Shown piece after piece: positions 56,728 to 64,000 of a stretch of 64,000 nucleotides of DNA. The DNA comes from an uncultured Clostridia bacterium (lineage in GTDB: Bacteria; Bacillota; Clostridia; Oscillospirales; Ruminococcaceae), in assembly GCA_937906945.1 (NCBI GenBank), contig CALCUE010000026.1, positions 59,759 to 123,758 of the forward strand, read 5' to 3'. Positions within the stretch are counted from its first letter, which is position 1. Each line of letters begins with the position of its first letter. A model generated the notes under the pieces. It was not told the DNA's origin and made no database searches. It was given only the letters and a program-made list of their open reading frames with translations. The translations under genes were made by a program, and so were the position numbers.

Positions 56728-57313
56728 ATCTAAGAGAGATTGTTTGATATTTTACCGGAACGCCATTTTCAAAGTCAATTTTATATCCTTCACCCGGATT
56801 TGGCGTCCATTCATAAAAATTGTGTCGTTTTGAGTCCTTAGGAAAAAGCCGCCACAGATAGGCGGAAATCATTCCTCCGTGGCAAACAATAAAAGTGTCA
56901 TGATCTTTATAATCCGCTAACGCTTCCAAAAAACGCCGCTCCATCTGTTCGCCGCTTTCCCCACCAGGACAAACGTTGCTCCAGTTGTCGCCTGAGATCC
57001 AGTTTTGGTAATCTTCCCTCTCTTTTAACTCTTCATAGCTTTTCATTTCAAAAACGCCGAAATCCATCTCGTCGAGCCGTGGATCGGTCCGATGGGAAAC
57101 AGTACCGTAAATAGCAAAAAGTGTCTCTTCGGTACGTCTTCGGGAGCTTGTGACCAATAAAAGATTCTTATTCGATGGATAAAGTCCTTTTTGGACTCGT
57201 TCTCTTATGGCGTAGATTCCCTGTTCGGTTAAGGGAAGGTCGGTTTTTCCGTAATAAAGCCTTTTTTCGTTACCTTCGGTGATTCCATGACGGATCAGAT
57301 ACATCGTGCTCAT
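56726..57313 (-). CDS. cobC: Histidine phosphatase family protein, probable alpha-ribazole phosphatase
   Basis: YLIRHGITEGNEKRLYYGKTDLPLTEQG (RHG motif), VCHGG. Last gene of the cob cluster. Confidence 0.8.
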   Translation of the reverse strand: MSTMYLIRHGITEGNEKRLYYGKTDLPLTEQGIYAIRERVQKGLYPSNKNLLLVTSSRRRTEETLFAIYGTVSHRTDPRLDEMDFGVFEMKSYEELKEREDYQNWISGDNWSNVCPGGESGEQMERRFLEALADYKDHDTFIVCHGGMISAYLWRLFPKDSKRHNFYEWTPNPGEGYKIDFENGVPVKYQTISLR

Positions 57314-57314
57314 T

Positions 57315-57692
57315 TTATTTCAACCTCGCTGGAATTCCGCAGAAAACACGAGTGACGTGCTCGCTCTTTTCTGAAATTCTGAGCAGGAGACGGCCATGAG
57401 CCTCCCGAAAAGCTCGTTCCATAGGATCCAAAGGGACAACTCCACAAAAAATGTCGTCCGAAATCAAAATCTTTTCCTCCGGATTTTTCACCACTTTAAA
57501 AAATTCTTCTTCCGGCGATACCCCGTTTTTTACGCAGCAGGCACTCCATTTTTCTAAATGGGACAGGCATTTTTTATGAAGATCCAATTCTTCTCCTTCC
57601 TGACAGACAAAAATATCGTCATTCGAAAGAGAAAATGCCGTTTTTACGAAATTGGTTTTTCCTTGATAAGCACCGCCTATAATCAGTTCCAT
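57315..57692 (-). CDS. Truncated CobU/CobP-like P-loop protein (125 aa)
   Basis: Walker A-like GGAYQGKT at the N-terminus. The C-terminal ILISDDIFCGVVPLDPMERAFREAHGRLLLRISEKSEHVTRVFCGIPARLK is collinear with the CobU C-terminus. AAGGAG RBS. Confidence 0.7.
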   Translation of the reverse strand: MELIIGGAYQGKTNFVKTAFSLSNDDIFVCQEGEELDLHKKCLSHLEKWSACCVKNGVSPEEEFFKVVKNPEEKILISDDIFCGVVPLDPMERAFREAHGRLLLRISEKSEHVTRVFCGIPARLK

Positions 57693-57701
57693 GGTTTCTC
57701 C

Positions 57702-58457
57702 TTATAAAAGTGTCCAGACAAAAATTCCACAGAGTTCCCCCAACGTATGACCAAAACCGGTTACGTCGCCGGAAAAACCGTCTAAATCGTGAAAGGCAAA
57801 AGCGGTAAAAACAGCGTAGCCTGCCACCGTAGCCAAAGCCGAAAGGAATCCGTTCCAGGAGCAAAGCCAAAAAGCCGTTCCTATAATTACAAATAAGAGT
57901 ACGATCAATGCCGACAGATGTTTCCCCTGTATTCCTTTTTGAAAATTGCCGGCGTATTCGCTGTGGTTCATAGGGCGAAGCGTGGAAACACCAATAGCGC
58001 TGGATGCCCGAGACGCCATACAGATAAAGAGCAGAACCCAATTGTTTTTCTCTTCGCTGACGGAAGAAAAAGCCGCGAACGAAAGCAAAAACAGCATAGA
58101 AAGACCAATGACAGCAAAAGAACCTACGTGGGAATCTTTTAATATTTCCCGCCGTTTTTCTAACGGACGACGAGAAAAAATAGCGTCACAACAGTCCATA
58201 TAACCGTCCAAATGAATGCCGCCGGTGAGCCAATATGGGATCAAAGCCATAAGAGCCGCTTTGATGTAAAGCGGACAGTGTATGGCGGTCAGAAGAGCGC
58301 CAGAAAGTGCCCAAAGACCGCCAATGACCGTTCCGACAAACGGAAACATAAGAAGCATCAACGAGCGCAGTGAATCCTCCCAGACATGCGCAAAAGGCGT
58401 AGGAATCGCGCAGAACATACTAAAGCTCATGCAAAAAGCCTTACCAATTTTTTTCAT
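57702..58457 (-). CDS. cobS: Adenosylcobinamide-GDP ribazoletransferase (cobalamin 5'-phosphate synthase)
   Basis: Polytopic; IPYWLTGGIHLDGYMDCCDA, DLDGFSGDVTG. Confidence 0.9.
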   Translation of the reverse strand: MKKIGKAFCMSFSMFCAIPTPFAHVWEDSLRSLMLLMFPFVGTVIGGLWALSGALLTAIHCPLYIKAALMALIPYWLTGGIHLDGYMDCCDAIFSRRPLEKRREILKDSHVGSFAVIGLSMLFLLSFAAFSSVSEEKNNWVLLFICMASRASSAIGVSTLRPMNHSEYAGNFQKGIQGKHLSALIVLLFVIIGTAFWLCSWNGFLSALATVAGYAVFTAFAFHDLDGFSGDVTGFGHTLGELCGIFVWTLL

Positions 58458-58996
58458 AGGAGTTTTTCTCCTTTATAAAATATCGGACAACCACAGGAAA
58501 ATTCCAGCACCACGTCACATTCCTCGGCAAGACAGCGATCAATTCGGGCAAGCCCTTTTCGAAAATCCTCCGTCATCTTATCATAGGTCGTGGCGTCAGC
58601 AAAAATATTATCAGAAACCAGAATCACCGAATCCGCTCTCTTTAAGAGGCCCAAAAGTCCTTTGGAAACATCTTCGACGGCATGGGCGTTATAATGACCG
58701 TCCATGGTCCCGAACATTTCATTGGTCAAAAGAGCCGTTACGCTATCCACCAGATAAACACCTTTGGAATCCATTTCTTCCTGATGGGACAGAAGATTCC
58801 GACCCCATTCGACGGTTTTAAACCCCCAACCGTCTCGTTCCTTACAGTGCCTCGCGATACGTGCCCAATCCTCCTCATCATGAGGTTCCATGGTTGCCAA
58901 ATACCAAAGATGATCTGGGGTGGAAAGCTTTTTGGCAAGTTGTTGCGCGAACATGGATTTTCCGTTTTTCGCTCCACCGGATATAAAAATTTTCAT
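58454..58996 (-). CDS. cobU: Bifunctional adenosylcobinamide kinase / adenosylcobinamide-phosphate guanylyltransferase
   Basis: P-loop ISGGAKNGKS, ARIARHCKERDG (the RIxxH region containing the guanylylated His), ILVSDNIF. ATGA overlaps with both cobT and cobS. Confidence 0.9.
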   Translation of the reverse strand: MKIFISGGAKNGKSMFAQQLAKKLSTPDHLWYLATMEPHDEEDWARIARHCKERDGWGFKTVEWGRNLLSHQEEMDSKGVYLVDSVTALLTNEMFGTMDGHYNAHAVEDVSKGLLGLLKRADSVILVSDNIFADATTYDKMTEDFRKGLARIDRCLAEECDVVLEFSCGCPIFYKGEKLL

Positions 58997-60090
58997 CGCT
59001 TCACCGTAAAATGATCGCCTTTCCGAATTTCTGTCAGATAGTCATCGTTTATGCTTGCTTCCTCAAAGGTAGCCATTTCATTGATAACAGCACAAGCCGC
59101 GTCCAGTATGCGGAACATCAACGGGCAACCGCTTCCCTCTCCAAGGCGCATTTTAAGCAAAAGAGGCGCTTCGAGAGACAGCTCCTCCAAGGCAAGACGA
59201 TATCCCGGTTCAAAGGAAGCGTGGGAAGCGATCATATAATCTTTCACGTTGGGGCAAAGCCGTGCCGCGACCAAAGCGGCCACAACGGAAATGAAACCGT
59301 CAATGACAACCGGGATCCGATTTTTTGCCGCTCCGAGAAAAACACCGACCATGGCGGCAATATCAAGGCCTCCCACTTTAGCGAGAACATCAATGGGATC
59401 GTTTGGATCCGGATGATGCTTTTGGATGGCTCCATCAATCACTTCTATTTTATGCTGAAACGCTTCCTCTAAAAGTCCGCCCCCTTTTCCGGCAGTTACA
59501 GAAGCCGGTTTCCCTGTAAGAACCGATAAGATGGCGGAAGACGTAGTCGTATTGCCGATTCCCATTTCACCAACGCCGAGAGCGTCAACGCCATCCGCGG
59601 CACAGAAATCGGCCACTTCCAGACCGACGATAATCGCTTTTTCCGCTTCATCCCTTGTCATAGCCGGCTCCCGGTAGAGGTTTTTTGTGCCATAAGAAAT
59701 TTTTCGATTGAGCACGGCGGGACAGTTATAATCCGATTGAACACCTACATCGACAACCAAAATTTCATCGCCGAAGTGATGGGCCAAAGAGGAACAGCCG
59801 GTAAGTCCTCGGGTCAGATTGATCATCTGGGACAACGTGACCGATTGCGGCGTACAGGACACCCCTTCTTCACAGACACCGTTATCAGCGCATAGCACCA
59901 CCACACGGCATTTTTGAACGGTATTATGTACTTTTCCAGTCATTCCGGCTAATCGAATGGAAAGTTCCTCTAAAAAGCCAAGACTTCCCGGTGGCTTTGC
60001 CAATGCGGCCTGTCGCTTTTTCGCTTCCTCCATTGTGGGAAGATCGGCCGGATGAATTTGCGAGCAAACATTTTCTATCCGTTTGTTCAA
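58993..60090 (-). CDS. cobT: Nicotinate-nucleotide--dimethylbenzimidazole phosphoribosyltransferase
   Basis: LAKPPGSLGFLEEL, GVGEMGIGNTT, LRLGEGSGCP. TTG start with an AAGGA RBS. Confidence 0.93.
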   Translation of the reverse strand: MNKRIENVCSQIHPADLPTMEEAKKRQAALAKPPGSLGFLEELSIRLAGMTGKVHNTVQKCRVVVLCADNGVCEEGVSCTPQSVTLSQMINLTRGLTGCSSLAHHFGDEILVVDVGVQSDYNCPAVLNRKISYGTKNLYREPAMTRDEAEKAIIVGLEVADFCAADGVDALGVGEMGIGNTTTSSAILSVLTGKPASVTAGKGGGLLEEAFQHKIEVIDGAIQKHHPDPNDPIDVLAKVGGLDIAAMVGVFLGAAKNRIPVVIDGFISVVAALVAARLCPNVKDYMIASHASFEPGYRLALEELSLEAPLLLKMRLGEGSGCPLMFRILDAACAVINEMATFEEASINDDYLTEIRKGDHFTVKR

Positions 60091-60179
60091 ATACGATTCC
60101 TTCTCCCTTTTAAACTGCTCCTATTATATCATAATTCCCAGGTTTTTTTCGTTCTTTGGAGAAAAGCGCAGAAACGGAC

Positions 60180-60206
60180 AAACGGGAGCGTTTTCGCGCT
60201 CCCGTT
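60180..60206 (-). terminator. Intrinsic terminator after tyrS
   Basis: aacgggagcg-cgaaaa-cgctcccgtt followed by a T-rich stretch on the minus strand. Confidence 0.6.
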
Positions 60207-60210
60207 TCAA

Positions 60211-61434
60211 TTATTTCAAAATCAGTTTTTTGAAGATTTTTTTGCCTTTTTTGAGAATAACTTCGCCATCGAATGCCGCACGGTCGATAGTAGCGAAAAC
60301 ATCCGTTACTTTTTCATCGTTGATGGTGATACCGCCCTGTTCAATGAGGCGTTTGCCTTCGCCTTTAGATTTGGAGATGCCGGCTTTGATCAGAGCATCG
60401 GTAACGGCCAGTTTTCCGTCCACAAAATCGCTTTCGGCAATTTCGACGGTCGGCATATTCTCACTGGAAACACCACCGGCGAAAAGGGCTCTGGCAGCTT
60501 CCAACGCTTTGTCCGCTTCTTCTTTGCCGTGGACCATTTCGGTCAGCTGATACGCCAAAATTTCTTTCTTTTCGTTGATGCGGCTGTCATCCCATTTTTC
60601 CATTTCGGCCAGTTCTTCGATCGGAATAAAGGTCAGCATTTTGAGACATTTCATAACGTCCGCGTCGCCGACATTTCTCCAATACTGGAAGAAATCAAAA
60701 GGCGACGTTTTGTTCGGGTCAAGCCAAACGGCGTTGCCGGCGGTTTTTCCCATTTTTTTGCCCTGAGAGTCCGTGAGCAGCGTGATCGTCATGGCGTAAG
60801 CGTCTTTTCCGCTCTTTTTCCGAATCAGTTCCGTACCAGCGAGCATGTTGCTCCACTGGTCATCACCGCCAAACTCCATATTGCAGCCGTAGTGATTATT
60901 AAGATAATAGAAATCGTAGGCCTGCATGATCATGTAGTTGAATTCCAGGAAGCTAAGTCCCCGTTCCATACGCTGTTTATAACATTCGGCACGGAGCATA
61001 TTGTTGACGGAGAAGCAGGCGCCGACGTCGCGGAGAAGCTCTACGTAATTCAATTTCAAAAGCCAATCGCCGTTATTGACCATCATGGCTTTCCCTTCAC
61101 CGAACTCAATGAAACGTTCCATTTGTTTTTTGAAGCATTGGGCATTATGCTCAATATCTTCTTTGGTGAGCATTTTTCTCATATCGGTCCGTCCACTGGG
61201 ATCGCCGATCATGGTTGTACCTCCGCCGATCAGCGCCACAGGCTGGTTTCCGGCCATCTGAAGCCGTTTCATCAGGGTAAGAGCCATAAAGTGACCGGCG
61301 GTCAGGCTGTCCGCCGTACAGTCAAAACCAATATAGAATTTTGCGCCGCCACGGTTGATCAGCTCTTTGATCTCATCCTCGTCGGTAACCTGGGCAATTA
61401 AGCCACGGGCCACCAGTTCATCATAAATTGTCAT
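60211..61434 (-). CDS. tyrS: Tyrosine--tRNA ligase
   Basis: GFDCTADSLTAGHFM (HIGH-type), KMGKT (KMSKS-type), C-terminal S4 domain. The ATG at 61434 follows GGAGG; the longer ORF runs into the T-box leader. Confidence 0.95.
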   Translation of the reverse strand: MTIYDELVARGLIAQVTDEDEIKELINRGGAKFYIGFDCTADSLTAGHFMALTLMKRLQMAGNQPVALIGGGTTMIGDPSGRTDMRKMLTKEDIEHNAQCFKKQMERFIEFGEGKAMMVNNGDWLLKLNYVELLRDVGACFSVNNMLRAECYKQRMERGLSFLEFNYMIMQAYDFYYLNNHYGCNMEFGGDDQWSNMLAGTELIRKKSGKDAYAMTITLLTDSQGKKMGKTAGNAVWLDPNKTSPFDFFQYWRNVGDADVMKCLKMLTFIPIEELAEMEKWDDSRINEKKEILAYQLTEMVHGKEEADKALEAARALFAGGVSSENMPTVEIAESDFVDGKLAVTDALIKAGISKSKGEGKRLIEQGGITINDEKVTDVFATIDRAAFDGEVILKKGKKIFKKLILK

Positions 61435-61735
61435 TGATCTATCCTCCATTTTTAATGTCAAAAAATAAAAGCCCTCTGTCGGAAATCCGACAGAGGGCGA
61501 AAAATCGCGGTACCACCTCTGGTTCATGAAAAACTCGCGTTTTTCATCTCAGCAAGCTTATAAATCAGCTTTTGCGCGATAACCGGCGCACCGGACGGAA
61601 CCTACTTTTTTGTTCAGCTCCGCTGCTACGGAAGGTAATTCGCCGTCTGTTCCACTCGCTTCCTTACACCGACCGGGAGCTCTCTTTGCTGTCGGAAACA
61701 GCGCTACTCAATTCCATCAACGCATTTAACAATAT
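61435..61735 (-). promoter_or_regulatory. T-box leader (tyrosine-specific) controlling tyrS
   Basis: On the minus strand: AGAGA-type bulge, a GAAUUACCUU stretch containing UAC (Tyr) in the putative specifier loop, the conserved T-box AACCAGAGGTGGTACCGCG (plus-strand 61506-61524), then a terminator gccctctgtcgg-attt-ccgacagagggc plus a T-run (61459-61498). Confidence 0.85.
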
Positions 61736-61741
61736 GGTTGC

Positions 61742-61770
61742 ATTATACTAAACTCTTTTGGATTTGTCAA
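61742..61770 (-). promoter_or_regulatory. Consensus sigma-A promoter of the tyrS T-box leader
   Basis: On the minus strand: TTGACA, 17 nt, TATAAT. The -35 element overlaps the recN stop codon. Confidence 0.7.
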
Positions 61771-63428
61771 CCGTTTGAAAAATCCAAAAGTTCCTCTGCG
61801 CTCTTTTTAAGCGATTCCGTCATCGTACCGCCCATAATACGGGAAAGTTCCATGATACGTCCTTCCCGATCCAGACTTTCCACCGATGTAAAGGTTTTCC
61901 CTTTGTCAGAGGATTTTGAAATCAAAAGATGATTGTCCGCGAAAGCGGCCACCTGCGCCAGATGAGTGACGCAAATGATCTGACGACCACGGGAGACCTG
62001 TTTGAGCTTCTGCCCCACTTTTTGAGCCGCTGAACCGGAAATTCCAGTGTCAACCTCGTCAAAAATCAGCGTATCGACCTGGTCTTTATCCGCCAGAACG
62101 TTTTTGATGCTTAGCATAATACGGGAAAGCTCACCGCCGGAAGCGATTTTTGCCAACGGCTTTTGCGGTTCGCCAAGGTTTGTGGCAATATAAAACTCCA
62201 AAGCGTCGCAACCGCTATCCGTAAAATCCGTTTTATCAAAGTGGACCGAAAATTGGACATTCGGCATATTGAGATAACGCAATTCCTCTAAAACGGCTTT
62301 TTCAAAAACGTTAGCGGCGGCATGGCGCTTTTGACTGAGCACCGCCGCTTTTTCTTCCGTTTCCGCTTTGAGCGCTGTTTTCTTCCGATTCAGTTCCTCT
62401 AACCGTTCTTCCGAAAAATCAACATCATCAATTTCTTTCAACGCTTTTTCATAATAAGTGTTCATTGCCGCAACGGAACCGCCATATTTCCGTTTCAAAC
62501 GGAAGATCTGGTCCAATCGCTGTTCCGTTCTGTTTTGCAAAGCAGGATCAAAATCCAGTTCATCGGCGATGTTTTTGACATCGTTGGAGAATTCCTGGAA
62601 CTCATAGAACATCTCTTTGAATTTTTCGGAAAGACCGGAAAATTCGGGGAAAAATTCTGACAATTCCTCCGCGTTCCGAATGGCTGTTTCCATACCGTCC
62701 AACGCGCCTTCCCCATCATTTCCACCCTCTAATGACGAAACGGTTTCCGTGACGAGTTCCATAATATTTTCCGCACTCTTTATTTTTTTACTCAGAGCGG
62801 TCAATTCCTCTTCTTCTCCGTCTTCAATCGCCGCTTTTTCGATTTCGGCGACTTGATATTTCAGCATATCCATACGGGCAGCCTTATCGCCGTCGTCCGA
62901 TTGAAGCTTTTGAATCGCCCGTTCCGTCTCTTTATAAGCCAAATAGGATTGATGATAGGATTCCCATTCTTTCTCGGTATTCCCGAAAGCATCGATATAA
63001 TGGATATGTAGTTCCGGATTCTGTAAAAAGACACTGTCATGCTGTCCGTGAACATCGATCAAAACGGAAGAAAGCTGTTTTAAAATGGCCGCCGTTGCCG
63101 GTCGCATATTGATTTTACAGATACTTTTTCCTTCCGAGGAGATTTCCCGGGAAATCAGAAGTTCGTCTTCGTAATCATATCCCAGTTCTTCCAAAAGAGC
63201 CTTCGCTTTTTCAGAAATCTGGCAAAATACCGCGGAGACATTCGCTTTTTCGGTACCGGTGCGCACAAGGTCACGGCTCGTTCTTCCGCCGAGAACGGCG
63301 TTAATCGAGTCGATCAGAATGGATTTACCGGCACCGGTTTCTCCGGTGAACACATTGAAACCGTTTTCAAAATCAATGGAGGCACTTTCAATGACAGCGA
63401 TATTTTTTATAAAAAGTTGGGAAAGCAA
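61767..63428 (-). CDS. recN: DNA repair protein RecN
   Basis: MLSQLFIKNIAVIE, Walker A FTGETGAGKSILIDS, long coiled coil, ASGGELSRIML signature, LIFDEVDTGISG. Confidence 0.96.
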   Translation of the reverse strand: MLSQLFIKNIAVIESASIDFENGFNVFTGETGAGKSILIDSINAVLGGRTSRDLVRTGTEKANVSAVFCQISEKAKALLEELGYDYEDELLISREISSEGKSICKINMRPATAAILKQLSSVLIDVHGQHDSVFLQNPELHIHYIDAFGNTEKEWESYHQSYLAYKETERAIQKLQSDDGDKAARMDMLKYQVAEIEKAAIEDGEEEELTALSKKIKSAENIMELVTETVSSLEGGNDGEGALDGMETAIRNAEELSEFFPEFSGLSEKFKEMFYEFQEFSNDVKNIADELDFDPALQNRTEQRLDQIFRLKRKYGGSVAAMNTYYEKALKEIDDVDFSEERLEELNRKKTALKAETEEKAAVLSQKRHAAANVFEKAVLEELRYLNMPNVQFSVHFDKTDFTDSGCDALEFYIATNLGEPQKPLAKIASGGELSRIMLSIKNVLADKDQVDTLIFDEVDTGISGSAAQKVGQKLKQVSRGRQIICVTHLAQVAAFADNHLLISKSSDKGKTFTSVESLDREGRIMELSRIMGGTMTESLKKSAEELLDFSNG

Positions 63429-63456
63429 AAGAATCCCTCCTTTTCAATCAATGTAT

Positions 63457-63906
63457 TTAGTCGATTAACTTCTCAATGGTATCGACCAGCGCGACAGCCA
63501 TTTTTTCGTCACGCATCAAAACAAAAATCGTATCGTCTCCGGCCAGCGTTCCGACGACTCCTTCATGGTTCATGGCGTCCAGAACGGCGCAGGCGGCGTT
63601 GGCCATTCCGGTATAGCATTTGATTACGACCATGTTTCCGGCATAATCCACGCTTTTGGCGGATTGGCTGAAAACAGCGTATTTGGTGCTGATATCCGAA
63701 TTGGCGTCCGAGGCTGTTTGCGCGTAACGATATTTGCCGTCGCTGACCATGATTTTGACGAGACGAAGCTCTTTGATATCACGGGAAACCGTTGCTTGCG
63801 TTACGTTGAAACCGTCTCTTTTAAGATAAGCAAGAAGATCTTCCTGTGTGGCAATATCTTTTTCCGAAATGAGTTCCAATATTTTGGAATGGCGTTTTGT
63901 TTTCAT
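63457..63906 (-). CDS. argR: Arginine repressor
   Basis: KRHSKILELI....I.TQEDLL..LK..GFNVTQATVSRDIKEL winged helix; C-terminal GTLAGDDTIFV. Confidence 0.93.
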   Translation of the reverse strand: MKTKRHSKILELISEKDIATQEDLLAYLKRDGFNVTQATVSRDIKELRLVKIMVSDGKYRYAQTASDANSDISTKYAVFSQSAKSVDYAGNMVVIKCYTGMANAACAVLDAMNHEGVVGTLAGDDTIFVLMRDEKMAVALVDTIEKLID

Positions 63907-63923
63907 TATCTGAGCTCCTTTCT

Positions 63924-64000
63924 TTATCTTCTTCCGAGAAACTTCTGATTCAACACTTCATAAAAGCCCCGACCGGAAACGTTGACAAAACGGATAGCTT
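63924..64000 (-). CDS. nadK: Probable NAD kinase, C-terminal 25 codons only (the rest lies outside the window)
   Basis: Minus-strand frame reads ...AIRFVNVSGRGFYEVLNQKFLGRR*. The FY..L..K tail and the position upstream of argR-recN fit NAD kinase, but very little sequence is available. Confidence 0.4.
   Translation of the reverse strand, partial: AIRFVNVSGRGFYEVLNQKFLGRR

Noticed and set aside
60091-60210. Looked for a cobalamin riboswitch upstream of cobT
   Set aside because: Only about 85 nt remain between the tyrS terminator and the cobT RBS, and no B12-box-like sequence is seen.

Overview
This window is core chromosome from a Gram-positive, anaerobic, endospore-lineage Firmicute. Gene content looks like class Clostridia; that is an inference, since no search was run. 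I call about 58 protein genes, almost all housekeeping. They include ribosomal and secretion genes (rplL, rplJ, rpmG, secE, nusG, rplK, rplA, rplS, yajC) and proteostasis genes (tig, clpP, clpX, lon). Replication and repair are represented by dnaE, radA, recN, rnhB and a Xer-type recombinase; central metabolism by fba, PFOR/nifJ, asd, dapA and thrC; tRNA modification and charging by queA, tgt and tyrS. There is a cobT-cobU-cobS-cobC lower-ligand cobamide cluster. Sporulation and cell-wall genes are scattered through the window: spo0A, spoIVB, a SpoIVFA/SpoIVFB-like pair, whiA, cwlD and a spoIIM-like gene. RNA and regulatory elements are one tRNA-Val(TAC), a yybP-ykoY Mn riboswitch before mntP, a Tyr T-box before tyrS, probable L10 and L19 leaders, several near-consensus sigma-A promoters, and many intrinsic (often bidirectional) terminators. 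I saw no rRNA, CRISPR array, transposase, prophage block or recognisable defence-system gene. I did not find a convincing self-contained new system. The observations most worth a second look are: (1) a Spo0A orthologue with a degenerate receiver domain that lacks the phospho-acceptor Asp; (2) a PBP5-type DD-carboxypeptidase homologue with all three catalytic motifs mutated; (3) tandem GHL10-family genes, the second fused to an Amidase_3 domain, next to an active-looking M23 peptidase and a CBS-less site-2 protease; (4) an A+T-rich islet exactly where the rplKA and rplJL blocks have been split, carrying a polytopic-membrane LuxR-type regulator and a small NPxTG-type surface protein; (5) a truncated second CobU paralogue inside the cob cluster; (6) a Lys/Glu-rich repeat tail on trigger factor. 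All family assignments come from motif recognition by eye and need HMM or BLAST confirmation.
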